Assembly: GCA_030390025.1 (NCBI GenBank)
Contig: CM059432.1
Location: 65,970,001-66,034,000 of the forward strand
DNA from: Squalus acanthias
Lineage: Eukaryota
DNA: 64,000 nt
Reading direction: 5' to 3'
The notes beneath the pieces are model-generated. The model was given only the letters and a program-made list of their open reading frames with translations, ran no database searches and was not told where the DNA came from. A program made the position numbers and the translations under genes. Below are positions 1 through 12,675 of this stretch, in pieces. The first letter of the stretch is position 1, and every line of letters begins with the position of its first letter.

Positions 1-1709
1 AGTCGTCATGAAATAACTTGAGCAGTGTATTATTAAACTCAAAGGGCAAAACAGCCGCAACATTAATTAACCAAAAGCAATTCTGACAGTCTGTCCACAC
101 TATGGCTCATATTTTCCTCTGTGTATAAAATATAACTCTAAGGGTGGAGCAAGAGCAATAGAAAGTAATGATTTTACTGCTACTTTGAGTCTTGCCTCCA
201 TGATAAAATGGATGTGACACGTCGGGATTGTCACCCTCCGAAATAATGTCATTGGCGAATTTCTCGAGGGCAGCCTGTTTTACATATTTTGGGTAGGCTT
301 TTAGTGGGATTCCCGCCTACATGGGAAAGCTCCCCTGCACCCCCTTGGGGGGAAAGTGGCTGCTGTGGGTTTTGGACACCAGCAGCAGTGGAGTGAGACC
401 TGCGGCCTGTGAGACAGGAAAAGGTAGCCTGACATTTTTGGGCCCAAATTTTGTTCTTTGTGCACTTTTGCATCGAAGCAAACTGTGTTTTGTAATTGAG
501 ACATGAAATCACCTTAGTCACTTAGTCAAGTAGAGCAGTTAGACTCACACTGCCATTCACTGTTAGGGGTGCCCTGTGTTACAGTTGGTTGGGGATCATT
601 GCTATCTGAGGTGTTTCCTGCAGCCACTGTGGAGGGACACGCATTGGCCCAGAACTGCTGATAGTATTACATGACTGTTCCTGTGCTTCTTCATGCACAC
701 CACTATTGAAAGCTACTTCTCCCTTTGCAAATAAAGGGCTAATTCCATTGGTTTTAATGGACTCAAGTCAAAATGCCAGTTGCATGCCTTTTTGCTTCAG
801 ATGACTCTGTGCAAAACAGATTTGTTTATGGGACGGAAAGAAAATTGGCCATTTAGACTGCACATTTAAAAATGCTCCAGTCAGGCTTGTCAGTATGCTA
901 AATTGGTGTTTAAAGATTATAAATGATCATTTCAAGTTGATTAAAACTTTTGAAAAAAAGACAAGGCCAGGACATGACATTCTGCTTAACAGCATTTTTG
1001 AGAAATATAAGGAACTTTTTGAGTTGGTGGGGTTAGTCCCCAAACTTCCAGCAGACACAAAAGGGTAGATTTCCTCCTTCGCTGCGCCTGGGGAATGCTC
1101 AGTTCTCAGATGCAGTGGAGAGGAAGCGGGAGTAGAGACCCATTACACCAGATCTCCTCCACCACCACAATGCTGCCCTGGGATTTCTGGGGGTTCCCTC
1201 AGTGGGTGGCACTGGTAGTGGGGCATTCGCCAGGACTCTACTCAGACTGTGGAGGGTCTGTGGGGGTCTCAGGAACACCTCAAAGTTGGAGCCTGGCTAA
1301 AGGTGACGTTATGTTCTTACTTCTTTATTTATAGGTGGATCTTCAAGTCCAGAGGCCATCTAAACCTTGATGCCAATGGCCAGGAGCACACCTGATGTAG
1401 ATGCTGACCTCTCTGGCCTGCAACTGTGCTCCTGTTTCCACTCCCTGTTCCCAGCTCAGTCCTGCCAGTGGGTAAGCCTGCAATGGAAGAGCCATGCAAA
1501 TAGTTTGGACCAGAAGATTTGGCTGCCCTCTGCCTGTACACTATGCGTGTCTGTGGAACGAGAGGACAATTGGCAGTATGCCACAAACTGGATCAAGTCG
1601 AGGTCAAGCAATAGGACGGTCAGGTATCAGGTTCAGAAGAAGTTTCATGATTTGAAAAGCAGCACTTAGATATGGCAAGAATATCACCCTGTCTTAATAT
1701 GGAGATATA

Positions 1710-4383
1710 GGCCAGAATTTTTCCCTTAGGGCGCATAGTGGGTTGCCATCACAAAGTTTTCAACAGCGCGTTCTGCACTGTGCGTTTAACTGAATTAGAT
1801 CAATTGAATGAGTCATGCGGGTTTCCCGGCCAATTAACTGGAGCGGGTCTGATGATGTCACCGATGACTCGCTTTCAGCTCTGATATTTAAAGGAGTCTT
1901 GCACACATCAGCGTTGAAGGTTGTTGTAGGAGGCTTAGAGGTGGTTGGGAGAGGTGGCTATTCTTATCTATCGAAGACTCTTGTGAGGGTGCAAGGAAGG
2001 ATGGAGTCACAGCACCAGAAGGCTGTGCCCGGGTTCTCGGATGCCTCCCTGGAAGTCCTGGTCCAGGGAGTCAGAGCACGGAGGGAAGTCTTATTCCCTG
2101 GTAACGGCAAGAAGAGACCAGCCAGTGAAACAAAGAGGGCATGGCTGGAGATCACACAAGAAGTCAGCAGCAGGGGTGTAGTGAGCTGCTCCTGGATACA
2201 GTGCCGCAAGAGATTTAATGACCTCATGAGGTTAGGAAAGGTGAGTACAATGCCACATCCAACTACATCCTGATGTGTGTGTCACCCCAACCCCATCACT
2301 CTGCCTTCCCAAGCCTACTCCTGCATGTCACTCCTCACACCAACCTACCTTGCAGGTGCGTCCATCCCTCTCTGTCTATGTTCCTACTCACATCCCCAAC
2401 TGACTAACCACCACTGACACTCACCCTCAGCCTAATGCAATCATAGAAAGTAACGCCACAGAAGGAGGCCATTTGGCAATGTCACGCCACTCCCTCATAG
2501 TCACCCTCTACAGATGTAGCCCATCCATTCCTTACACTCATTTCATCACTCTCAAACGAAGTTCTCTTCTTTCCTCCCTTGAAGGAGAAGAGATCACAGA
2601 ACAAGAGAGAAAGAGAAAGAACCAGAGGTGGCCCTCCAATAAACATTAATTTGACGCCAGCAGAGGAGGAGGCGCTGGAAATAAGTTGAGTGGCAGAGCT
2701 GCTGGCGGTGGGAGATGGAGAGAGGGGAACCTCCCAGCAACCTGGTGACAGAATTAAATATATAGCCACATGGCATACAACCGTCACTCATGGTGACTGA
2801 TGTCAGCAGCCAGTGAAATATCATCATGTGCATAATAGTAACGTTTCACATTCTTAACATTACAGTTCTAATTCATGTCTTTACTCTCCCACAGGTCCAT
2901 CAAGTGCCACCCCCGCTCCCCCCCCACCCCCCCCCACTGTCCAGCCAGAGGAGGAAGGCAACTCCTCAGCTCCACTCTCTGAGGGTGCACCATCACCAGA
3001 CCCATGCACACCCAGCACCAGCGCAGATATGCACATGTCGGTGGGTCCTGTGAGAGAGAGAGTAGTGTTGTCACCTGGAGTCTCACACATCACAAGTGAG
3101 CAAGAGCAGATGGTGGAGACAGGGACAGCAGTGGAGAGTCCTCGCCGGAGGGCGCAGGACACTCCAAGCTCTGCTCAGCTGCATGCAGATGCTGAACCTC
3201 AGGAGCCGTCGACAAAAAGGTTGATCTTGGAGGAACAGAAACAAATGCGCGAGGCTCTGGCGATTGTAGAGAGAATGGAGGAGTCCATCTCTAACATGAG
3301 CAGCACCATATCGCAGGTGATGGCGACGATGTGCTCTTCCATGGAAAGGATGGCCACCTGCATGGAGCAGTAAATGCGCCAGTCAAACGAGAATATACTT
3401 GCTGTGGACAACAACTTGCAGACTCTTATTGAACTAATCTCTAGAAGGGATAGCAACGCAGGCTTGGGCCTTCATCGCCCCATTGATGTGCAGCAAGGTG
3501 CTCTCCAGCTCCTTGCTAGCAGGGAAGCGTGGGTGGCCCATGAGAGGGATGATGATGAGAGGGCACGTGGAAGTGGGGGCTCTTCTCAAAGCGCTCCCAC
3601 TTCGCCCCTGTTGCCTCTCCTCAGTCAGAGCCCCACATGCTGCCTCGGATCCCGATGGCCGAGTCTGCCCCTGCACAGTTGCAGGAGGAGCAGTCTTTGG
3701 CAGGGCCCTCACAGGCTCCAAAACCCAGAGGACGACCACCAAAAGTGTCTAAGCAGTCACAGCAGGGAAGTGAGCAGCCTGCCACTGCTTCTGCTGAAGC
3801 CACAGGGGTTGCACCTCGTAGAAGCACTCGGAAAAGAAAAATGACACAATCGTAGATGCACAAGGGTATGCACATGGGGGTTTGCCAAAATGTTAGTGTT
3901 AAGTTTCAGTTCTGTTTATGACGCACATAAATTTATTTCTTTGCACCACTTTCCCGTCTTGTCCATGTTTGCCTGCTACCTGGGAAGTGGCCTTGTCACT
4001 TGGAGTGAATGGTGAGACATTAACCTCGAGCAATGGGCGTGTGTGTAACAGGAATGGCAGCGGTCGTGGTCTACCCCACCCCCAGCACTGATCTCTGGCT
4101 TTTCCACCTCCCGATTGCCTCTCTTCCCCCCCACCCTCAAGCCCAGATCACCGACCTTCCCCCCCCCCCCAAGGGTCCGCTGTTGCGGCCTCCTGCTGCT
4201 GGTTTTCCCGCCCAGCATCTGACCAGCCTGTCAATTTGGCCGGCTGCTCAATGGGATAGGAGAGGAAAAAGTGATAATGAGGTCTTGCCATTAAATTTGG
4301 CAGCACCTCCGTGTCCGCAATGCGCTCCCCGGCTGTTTTCGCTCTCTCCGCACCCTCCCCACCTCCCCCTAAATATCAGGGCC
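1710..4383 (+). mobile_element. PIF/Harbinger element copy 1: Myb gene retained, transposase deleted, divergent right end
   Basis: Ends ggccagaattt and aaatatcagggcc, each flanked by ATA. Collinear with copies 2 and 3. Confidence 0.75.
2001..3855 (+). pseudogene. Harbinger Myb/SANT-like (ORF2) gene, 3 exons (2001-2240, 2585-~2744, ~2895-3855), disrupted
   Basis: FSDASLEVLV...AWLEI...QCRKRFNDL Myb/SANT motif, GT/AG junctions, in-frame stops and frameshifts. Confidence 0.8.
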
Positions 4384-5097
4384 ATAGTGCCAGTTCCACA
4401 TCATTCTCTAGACAATGAGAACAGAACTCTGCTCATTGACATTTGGATGCCGGTTACATTTTAAAAAAAGTTAAAAGGGTCACTGTGCAACAGCTGCAGT
4501 TAGATGGAAGCTGACTATGACTCGAAGCAGTTTAAGTCTAACTATTGGAGGGCAACAACTTGACTAAGTGATGAAGAGGGCGATTTTAACCTAAGCTGCC
4601 TGTTGGAAAACTGACCGGATCGGGTGCAATGCTGAGCTTACATCCCGCCCGGTTTTACTCTCCATTGAAGCCAATCCAAAGCAGTATTGGGCGAGGTGTA
4701 GTTCCACCCAATCCTGTGGGTTTCCCGCCCAGCGAGTTGGGTTCAGATTACTCTGGTACTAAACACAGTTTGTTTTGATGCAAAGGTGAAACTGGTTCAT
4801 ATTGATCAAACTGTGAGCTATAACTACTATAATTGTATGTGTCTTATGTGTATGTGTGTTATATTAAACACTGTTGCTTAGGGTCAAAGTGAATACTTTT
4901 CAGACAACCCTAAAATGGAGTGAATTCTTTGAGTAACAAGTCACCACTGCTTGATATTGAATTAAGGAAGGTTTACATTACTCCTGTTGGGTCCTATGAG
5001 GAACTCATTTAAAGGTAGGACGACCATCATTTTGCTTGTATTGTTTACACAGGTGTTAATAGCTGTGCTAAGCGAAGTTATGACTGTCCTGGAACAA

Positions 5098-7905
5098 AAA
5101 AATGCCCCGCTGAGACCGCCGTGGTGGCGGTGTGGCTCTCATCACCAAATCACACCTTGGTCTGTCCCTCTATTCCACCGGCAGTTTCTCCTCCTTTGAG
5201 CATCTCACCTTATTCCACCCCTCTCACCTCTCATTTAAAATTCTTGTTCTCTACCACCCGGCCAAGTACCATAAAAATTTTATTACTGAGATATCTTCAC
5301 TGTTCTCCTCCCTCAGCCTCTGCACCGAACGACTTCCCATCCTTGGTGATTTCAACCTCCATCTCAATTCATCATGCTCTCTGTCCTCTGAGTTCACTAG
5401 CCTCCTATCCTGTCTTAAACTCCCCAACCCATATTTTCGGCAACCCCCTCGACCTTGCCATCTCTCATGGCCTCGCTACTCCCATCATGTCAATCGCAGA
5501 TAAGGCCATCTCTGACCACTTCCTCGTATCGCTCTCCACACACATCCCCCTTCCACCACCACCCCCCCTCCCCCACCCCCACCCAACCCTACTTCCTTCT
5601 GTGTCCGCCCCTGGAAAAAACTCTCTCCCAACTCTCTTACAACTACACTTACGAAATCCCAACTGTTCAGCCTTTGGCCCTCCATTCACCACGACATTTC
5701 TGCAGCTACCGATCTGCGCAACCACACCCTCACCACCACCTTTGATGCCCTAGTCCCTACTAAAACAATTACCCTGTCTCACCCTGGCCATTCCCCCTGG
5801 TACAGCCCTCATCTTCACTCCCTTAAATCCAAGAGACGCAGACTTGAACGGATATGGCGGACAACTGGTTTAGCCATTCACCGCCAGATCTGACTGGACC
5901 ACATAAAGCACTATCGGGTCCTGCTCTCGTCTGCCAAAATTGCTCACTATTCCAGAATCATTCTGGAATGCAAAGATAAACCCCGGCTCCTATTCTCTAC
6001 TGCTAACCATCTTCTTAAACCCCTCTCCCCTGTCTCCTCCACCCTCACCTCCGATAACAAGTATGAGGAGCTCATGGACTTCTTTGTCTCTAAGATTGAG
6101 ACCATCCGTTCAGCTGCCTCTGCCACTTCCCTTCCTTCCCCTAGCCCACTGGGCCAAAGTTCCTCTAAGGTGCCCCCATGCCCTAGCCCTGAACTCACAT
6201 CTTTCTCCAGTTTCTCTCCGATCTCCCCTCATGATCTCTCTGCGCTCATTTTGTCCTTGAGACCCACTTCCTGCTCCCTCGACCCTATTCCCACCAAACT
6301 GCTGACCACCCAACTTCCTTTTCTTGCTCCCATGTTAGCTGACATTGTTAACGGTTCTCTCTCTCCTCAGGTACTGTCCCCCACTCCCTCAAATCTGCCG
6401 TCATCACCCCTCTCCTCAAAAAAACAAACCTTGATCCCTCCGTCCTTGCAAACTACCACCCCATCTCCAACCTCCCTTTCCTCTCCAAAGTCCTTGAACG
6501 TGTTGCTGCCTCCAAAATCCGTACCCATCTTTCCCACAATTCCATGTTTGAATCCTTCCAATCAGGTTTCCGCCCTTGCCACAATACCGAAATGGCTCTC
6601 ATCAAAGTCACAAATGACATCCTTTGTGACTGTGACAAAGGTAAACTATCCCTCCTCATCCTTCTTGACTTGTCTGCAGCCTTTGACACGGTTGACCACT
6701 CCATCCTTCTCCAAAGTTTCTCCACCATTGCCCAGCTGGGTGGGACTGCACTCGCCTGGTTCCATTCTTATCTATCTAATTGTAACCAGAGAATCACCTG
6801 CAATGGCTTCTCTTCCCACTCCCGCATTGTTACCTCTGGTGTCCCCCAAGGATCTATCCTTGGCCCCCACCTATTTCTCATCTACATGTTGCCCCTTGGT
6901 GACATCATCGGAAAACACAGCGTCAGTTTCCACATGTACGCTGACGACACCCAGCTCTACCTCACTACCTCTTCTCTCGACCCCTCCATGGTCTCTAAAT
7001 TGTCAGACTGCTTGTCCGACATATAATTCTGGATGAGCAAAAATTTTCTCCAATTAAATATTGGGAAGACCGAAGCCATTGTTTTCGGTCCCCGCCACAA
7101 ACTCCGTTCCCTAGCCACTGACTCCATCCCTCTCCCTAACATCTGTCTGAGGCTGAACCACACTGTTCGCAACCTTGGTATCATATTTGACCCTGAAATG
7201 AACTTCCGACCACATATCCGCAGCATAACAAAGACCGCCTACTTCCACCTCTGTAACATCGCCCGTCTCCGCCCTTGCCTCAGCTCATCTGCTGAAACCC
7301 TCATCCACGCCTTTGTTACCTCTAGACTTGACTATTCCAATGCACTCCTGGCTGGCCTCCCACATTCCACCCTACGTAAACTTGAGGTCATCCAAAACTC
7401 GGCTGCCTGTGTCCTAACTCGCACCAAGTCCCATTCGCCCATCACCCCTGTGCTCGCTGACCTACACTGGCTCCCGGTTAAGCAGCGCCTCAATTTCAAA
7501 ATTCTCATCCTTGTTTTCAAATCCCTCCATGGCCTCGTCCCTTCCTATCTCTGTAATCTCCTTCAGCCCCACAACCCCCCGAGATATCTGCGCTCCTCTA
7601 ATTCTGGACTCTTCAGCATCCCTGATTATAATCGCTCAACCTTTGGTGGCCGTGCCTTCTGTTGCCTAGGCCCTAAGCTCTGGAATTCCCTGCCTAAACC
7701 TGTCTGCCTCTCTACCTCTCTTTCCTACTTTAAGACGCTCCTTAAAACCTACCTCTTTGACCAAGCTTTTGGTCACCTGCCCTAATTTATCCTTATGTGG
7801 ATCGGTGTCAAATTTTTTTTTTGTCTTAAAATACTCCTGTGCAGCGCCTTGGGACATTTTACTACGTTAAAGGTGCTATATAAATACAAGTTGTTGTTGT
7901 TGTTC
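5098..7905 (+). mobile_element. L2-clade LINE, decayed ORF2 (endonuclease remnant + RT)
   Basis: ILGDFN, QSGFR, LDLSAAFDTVDH, GVPQGSILGP, YADDTQLY and LHWLPV motifs, with a (GTT)n tail. Confidence 0.9.
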
Positions 7906-7909
7906 AATG

Positions 7910-10337
7910 GTGACACTTTATTATGAAGTTAATTTTAATATGCAACTGACATTTTTCCACCAAGGGGCACAAAAGATTTAAAGGAACATTTCTTGCCCCA
8001 GTCATGAGGGTATGAAATGTAACTAAGTGTCTCAAGATGGCACAGAAGTTAAAAAGATCCCCTTCTCTAGGGGTTAGAAGTAAGGCAGTAATGGCATTTC
8101 CAGTGACAACCTTTTCATAGTAGATTTTCTAGAAAATGTCTGTGTTTGGGGAGGGGGTGAAGTCCTAAAAATAATACAGATAGATGGCATGCCATGAATT
8201 TAGATAAGTGGTACAGACCATAGTGCTGATAATATTTAATGATAAGTTAATAATATTCATTGCAATAATAGCTGTTTTGGTACTGCCATTGATTTTTGAT
8301 GCTATTTCTGGAACATTTTCAGAACTTTGATCCCACTTCTGAGTTGTCACTAATAAATAACCCTAAAAGAATCCTATCAAAGTACCTAAGGTTCTACCCC
8401 ACTGATAAAATGGAATGAATTTGACTAGAACCAAATGTTGCTGGTAACGTGACCACCTTTAAAAGATGCCACAAATGACATTCACATTGTATACAAAGTA
8501 ATACAGATCCAAATGAAACAACCCATAGAAAGTACATATCAGAAGATGGTCCTGGTATACAGTGCAAAAAAAAAATCAGATCACAGGAGTAGCCCTTTAA
8601 TTAATATATTTAAGAAAAAAATTGCACAAAACATATTCTAACCCCATTTAACAAACATCATACCTAGCACCACTGAGTTTAAAAAAAAATGTTTTTACCA
8701 ACTGTGTTCCAGCAACTGAAATAAATATGCAAAATTAACAGGCAAACATTTCCAGTCACTTTTAGCCATCAACTGCTGTCCCAAACACAAATACATGTAC
8801 ACACTTAGACTCATTCAAGCACACGCAGGCGCAAGAACAGTGTGTGCATGTGGTACATGTGGGCGTGCACACAAACGGCCATTCATACACAAAGGCAGTT
8901 TTTAGCTAATTCATGATGTAATATAGTGTACAAGAAATTTGACATTTTACAGTTTAAAAAAATCAATAAAAACATTTTCGTACAAGCAATTTGTTGATAT
9001 TTCTCTAGTCCTTTGCTTCTCTGTTACTGTACAGTAGTCCCTGATATACAGACTGTATCTGTCATGAACTGTTGCTAGGATGAGTATTTTTGTAAAACAG
9101 ATGTACCGTATTTAAGTTTCCACTAGAGGACAGTGTTTCACATTACACTTTCGTTTTGCATGATCCTTTTATAATTGATTGCTTTGTTGATCGTACAAAA
9201 TGCAATATAAAAAGTAAAGAATATATATATATAGCAAAACACAGTAATAAGAAAATAAATGCATCAGAACACAAACGAACAGAACTAAAAAAATCCTTTT
9301 TTTGAAACTCACATAAGACATAAATAATATTTTGTTATTTGTCATTCGAGCCCAAAGAGAAATGTCACTTATAAAAAGAAATCTGTTTTCTTTTCTTGTT
9401 TTAAAATCTACACAAGCAAAATAATTTTATAAACCTCTCCCAGAAAACCATTTCTGTAAATATAATAATGTTCGCATAATTAAAACAACTAAAAAGTCTT
9501 AAATTAAAAACAATAAATAATATTTATAAAAATAACCTAATCACACACTTTTTACATCAAATTATAAAAAAGAAAAAAAAAACTGGTGCAAAAGGAAATA
9601 ATTTTAAGTAAGTGCAGTGTTCTAGATGCTGTCATCCCTTCCAATTTGCTTTTAAAGAGTCAATGTCCCATCATAGACCTACATGGGCTGGATATGAAAA
9701 CTATTAAAAATCAGCACTACACAACATTCTCCTTTACTTATCGCACATGATGCACACAGTTGAAGATATTTTAAACATACTAGCCCTGAAATCACGCAGT
9801 TGGGTCCTAACATATGAACACCTAATCTGTTTGTCTATAATTCCTCCCTCTACTATTTTAGCAGAGGTGTGAAACCCATTTATTTTAGGTGGGTTAACAC
9901 TGCTGCTGAAATAGCAGAGAGGGACATTTTAGGTGAACATGTTAAGTGTTCATATGCTATCACTGCATAATTTCACGGCCGCTTTTTTTGTAAGTAACAA
10001 GACAGTTATACTACAGAAATTTGCCTCTAATTTGATTTCATAAGGGGTCTGTAACTCTGCGCCATCATCTCGGAGCATTGACAAACAGCAATGTTTTATG
10101 ATGCTTCAATGTATATTATCTAGCTTTTGTTTATGATACCTTTGAGTTGCAGCCCATAACGAAGGGATACTAATTTGTCTTGCGATGTGGCTGTTGTAAA
10201 TATGGTTTTTGCATTTCCTAAGACATGCGACTAATACATGTGCGACAAACACTTGAAGCTGAAGTGTACTGCCTATGAATAAAAAAATGTCATTAGCATT
10301 TACAGAAGCGGCACCAGGAAACTGGCGCGGACAAGTT
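7910..10337 (-). other. Putative ST18 3' UTR (3' end uncertain)
   Basis: AU-rich, nearly TE-free stretch after the stop. Minus-strand AATAAA at 9879-9884 and 7917-7922. Confidence 0.5.
9783..9979. repeat. Imperfect ~200-bp palindrome (old MITE-like hairpin) in the putative 3' UTR
   Basis: Complementary arms gccctgaaatcacgcagt/actgcataatttcacggc, catatgaacac/gtgttcatatg, ctattttagcag/ctgctgaaatag and aaccca/tgggtt. Confidence 0.75.
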
Positions 10338-10478
10338 TCACACCTGGATACCCTTTACTGCTTGTTTTATGCTTTCCAGAAGGGCCTTGCTTTCGGGGGT
10401 GTAATTCCTCTCCAAACTGCTGTACATGTCAGTCAGAGTGTTCACATACAAATCAAAATTCTGTTCGCTGATTGGCTC
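10338..10478 (-). CDS. ST18: ST18-like last coding exon: [46 protein letters not shown]
   Basis: 141 nt, AG acceptor, TGA at 10338-10340. Family C-terminal motif. Confidence 0.93.
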   Translation of the reverse strand, partial: EPISEQNFDLYVNTLTDMYSSLERNYTPESKALLESIKQAVKGIQV

Positions 10479-11616
10479 CTAAGTGAAAAATTCACATTTA
10501 ACATAATTAATATACAATTCATGATTAAGGGCATCATGCTCAAATAAAAAAAAAAGTCAAAAATTAAAAGTAGCGTTTGAATGGACATTAAAGTGTGGCG
10601 CATTTGGGAAGCAATTTGATTGCTGCTTGCTCATATGAGGGTGTACAATCTAACCTGGGGTTATGGAAACTGAGTGTAAAAGAAGATTACTCATTGCTGC
10701 AGCCACTATTTTTGCAGCTCATGGAGCAAAAATAAAGCATTCTTCTCAGAAATAGCTGCCATTTGTGGGTGATTTTCGTTCTTTATTTTTTTTAAATTTC
10801 TGGCACATCTTCCAGTAAACAGCACTGAGTTAATCCCCACAGTGGGTGCCAACCATAGGGATTTTTCTTTTGACTGATCCCGTTCTTTGTCTACCTGCTT
10901 TTGAGTTACAAAGATCCCGAGGAAAAAATAGTTACCATCACTAATTGCACCAGGACAACTCATAACAAGAAACGGGGACTGTTAATGGCCAATCTCCCAT
11001 CATGTTTAGCCCTGAGCAGATGTGCTGCTCCATGTACCGCTGGGCCACCATTGACAGCTCACCAGGATGTTGCTGGAGCTGAGTCTCATATGCTTATACC
11101 ACAGATTATCAAACTGGGTTTCCTGGATCCTCAGAGGTCCGCAGAGGAACACCGGGGGTCTGTGAGGTTACCAGATATCTGCATTTGCTGAATGGCTAGT
11201 GTTATTTCTGTTGCTATATACTAATAAAACACATTGGTCTGAATTTCCGCAGTGGGAGATTGACGGAATCCCTCCCCCGCCCTCCACCCCGAGAAATGGC
11301 AACATGGCCATTTTCAACTGTATATGCCATTTCTTTGAGGATTTGCCAATTTCCTGCCAAGGTTATGGCAAGAAATCAGGAGAGCTCCAATGGAAATTCA
11401 GGGCCATTTTCTGTAATGAGAGTGCTATTTTCCTTTGATTAGCTGACATTAACGGGAATTTTCTCGGAGCTGCCCCGTTCTGCTGCTATAACTTCGCTGG
11501 AAGTTACGTCAGCAGAGCAGAAGCAGCTCTGAGGAAGTTGCCAACCATTGCCTTTTGGAAGTTAAAAATGAGAAGTCGCACAACACCAGGTTATAGTCCA
11601 ACAGATTTATTTAATT

Positions 11617-11655
11617 TTACAAGCTTTCGAAGCAGTTCGCTCCTTCGTCAGGTAA
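11617..11655 (-). ncRNA. Second hammerhead motif (inverted copy, sense to the ST18 pre-mRNA)
   Basis: Reverse complement of 12637-12675. Confidence 0.62.
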
Positions 11656-12636
11656 GTTAGCAATGAGAGAATCTCCCAGAATTCACAATTTAAACCCAGA
11701 CAAAGTCTATTCACATTATTCCCTACAACAAAGAGCATAGCCAAGACAATGAGATGTGTCCCAGGGGGTCCAACGTGTCAAACCACCTGCTGGCTGCATA
11801 TCCTGTCAATTTGTGTTCTTGTGTTAGACTTTTTTTATGATGACGATGACGACGAACACCTTGCTAAGGCCATCCCCACGCCTCCACTACTCGCCTTCAA
11901 GCAGCCGCCTAACCTCAAAAGTACCATAGTTCGCAGCAGATTACCCATCTTTCAGGAGAACAGCAACCAAGACACCACACAACCCTGCCACGGCAACCTC
12001 TGCAAGACATGCCAAATCATGGACACAGATACCATCATTACACGTGAGGACACTACCCACCAGGTACACGGTACATACTCATGTGACTCGGCCAACGTTG
12101 TCTACCTGATACATTGCAGTAAAGGATGCTCCAGAGCATGGTACATCGGCGAGACCATGCAGACACTGAGACAACGTATGAACGGACACCGCGCAACAAT
12201 CGCCAGGCAGGAGGGTTGCCTCCCAGTCGGGGAACACTTCAGCAGCCAGGGGCATTCAGCCTCGGATCTGCGGGTAAGCGTTCTCCAAGGCGGCCTTTGA
12301 GATACACGACAGCGCAAAATCATAGAGTAGAAACTGATAGCCAAGTTCCGCACTCATGAGGATGGCCTCAATCGCGATATCGGGTTCATGTCACGATACA
12401 GAACGTGACTTGACATCATGGCCGGTCTTCCCAGGTGTTTTTTTTGTTTTTTTAAAAAAAAAGTCTAACACAAGAACACAAATTGACAGGATATGCAGCC
12501 AGCAGGTGGTTTGACACGTTGGACCCCCTGGGACACATCTCATTGTCTTGGCTATGCTCTTTGTTGTAGGGAATAATGTGAATAGATTTTGTCTGGGTTT
12601 AAATTGTGAATTCTGGGAGATTCTCTCATTGCTAAC

Positions 12637-12675
12637 TTACCTGACGAAGGAGCGAACTGCTTCGAAAGCTTGTAA
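12637..12675 (+). ncRNA. Minimal type-I hammerhead ribozyme motif in the Penelope pseudo-LTR
   Basis: ttac-CTGACGA-a-ggagc(gaact)gcttc-GAAA-gctt-gtaa: catalytic core, stem II, palindromic AAGCTT and stem I. Confidence 0.65.

Noticed and set aside
1367..1669. ORF ending QVQKKFHDLK
   Set aside because: Probably a heavily decayed Myb remnant of an older Harbinger. It is too degraded to delimit.
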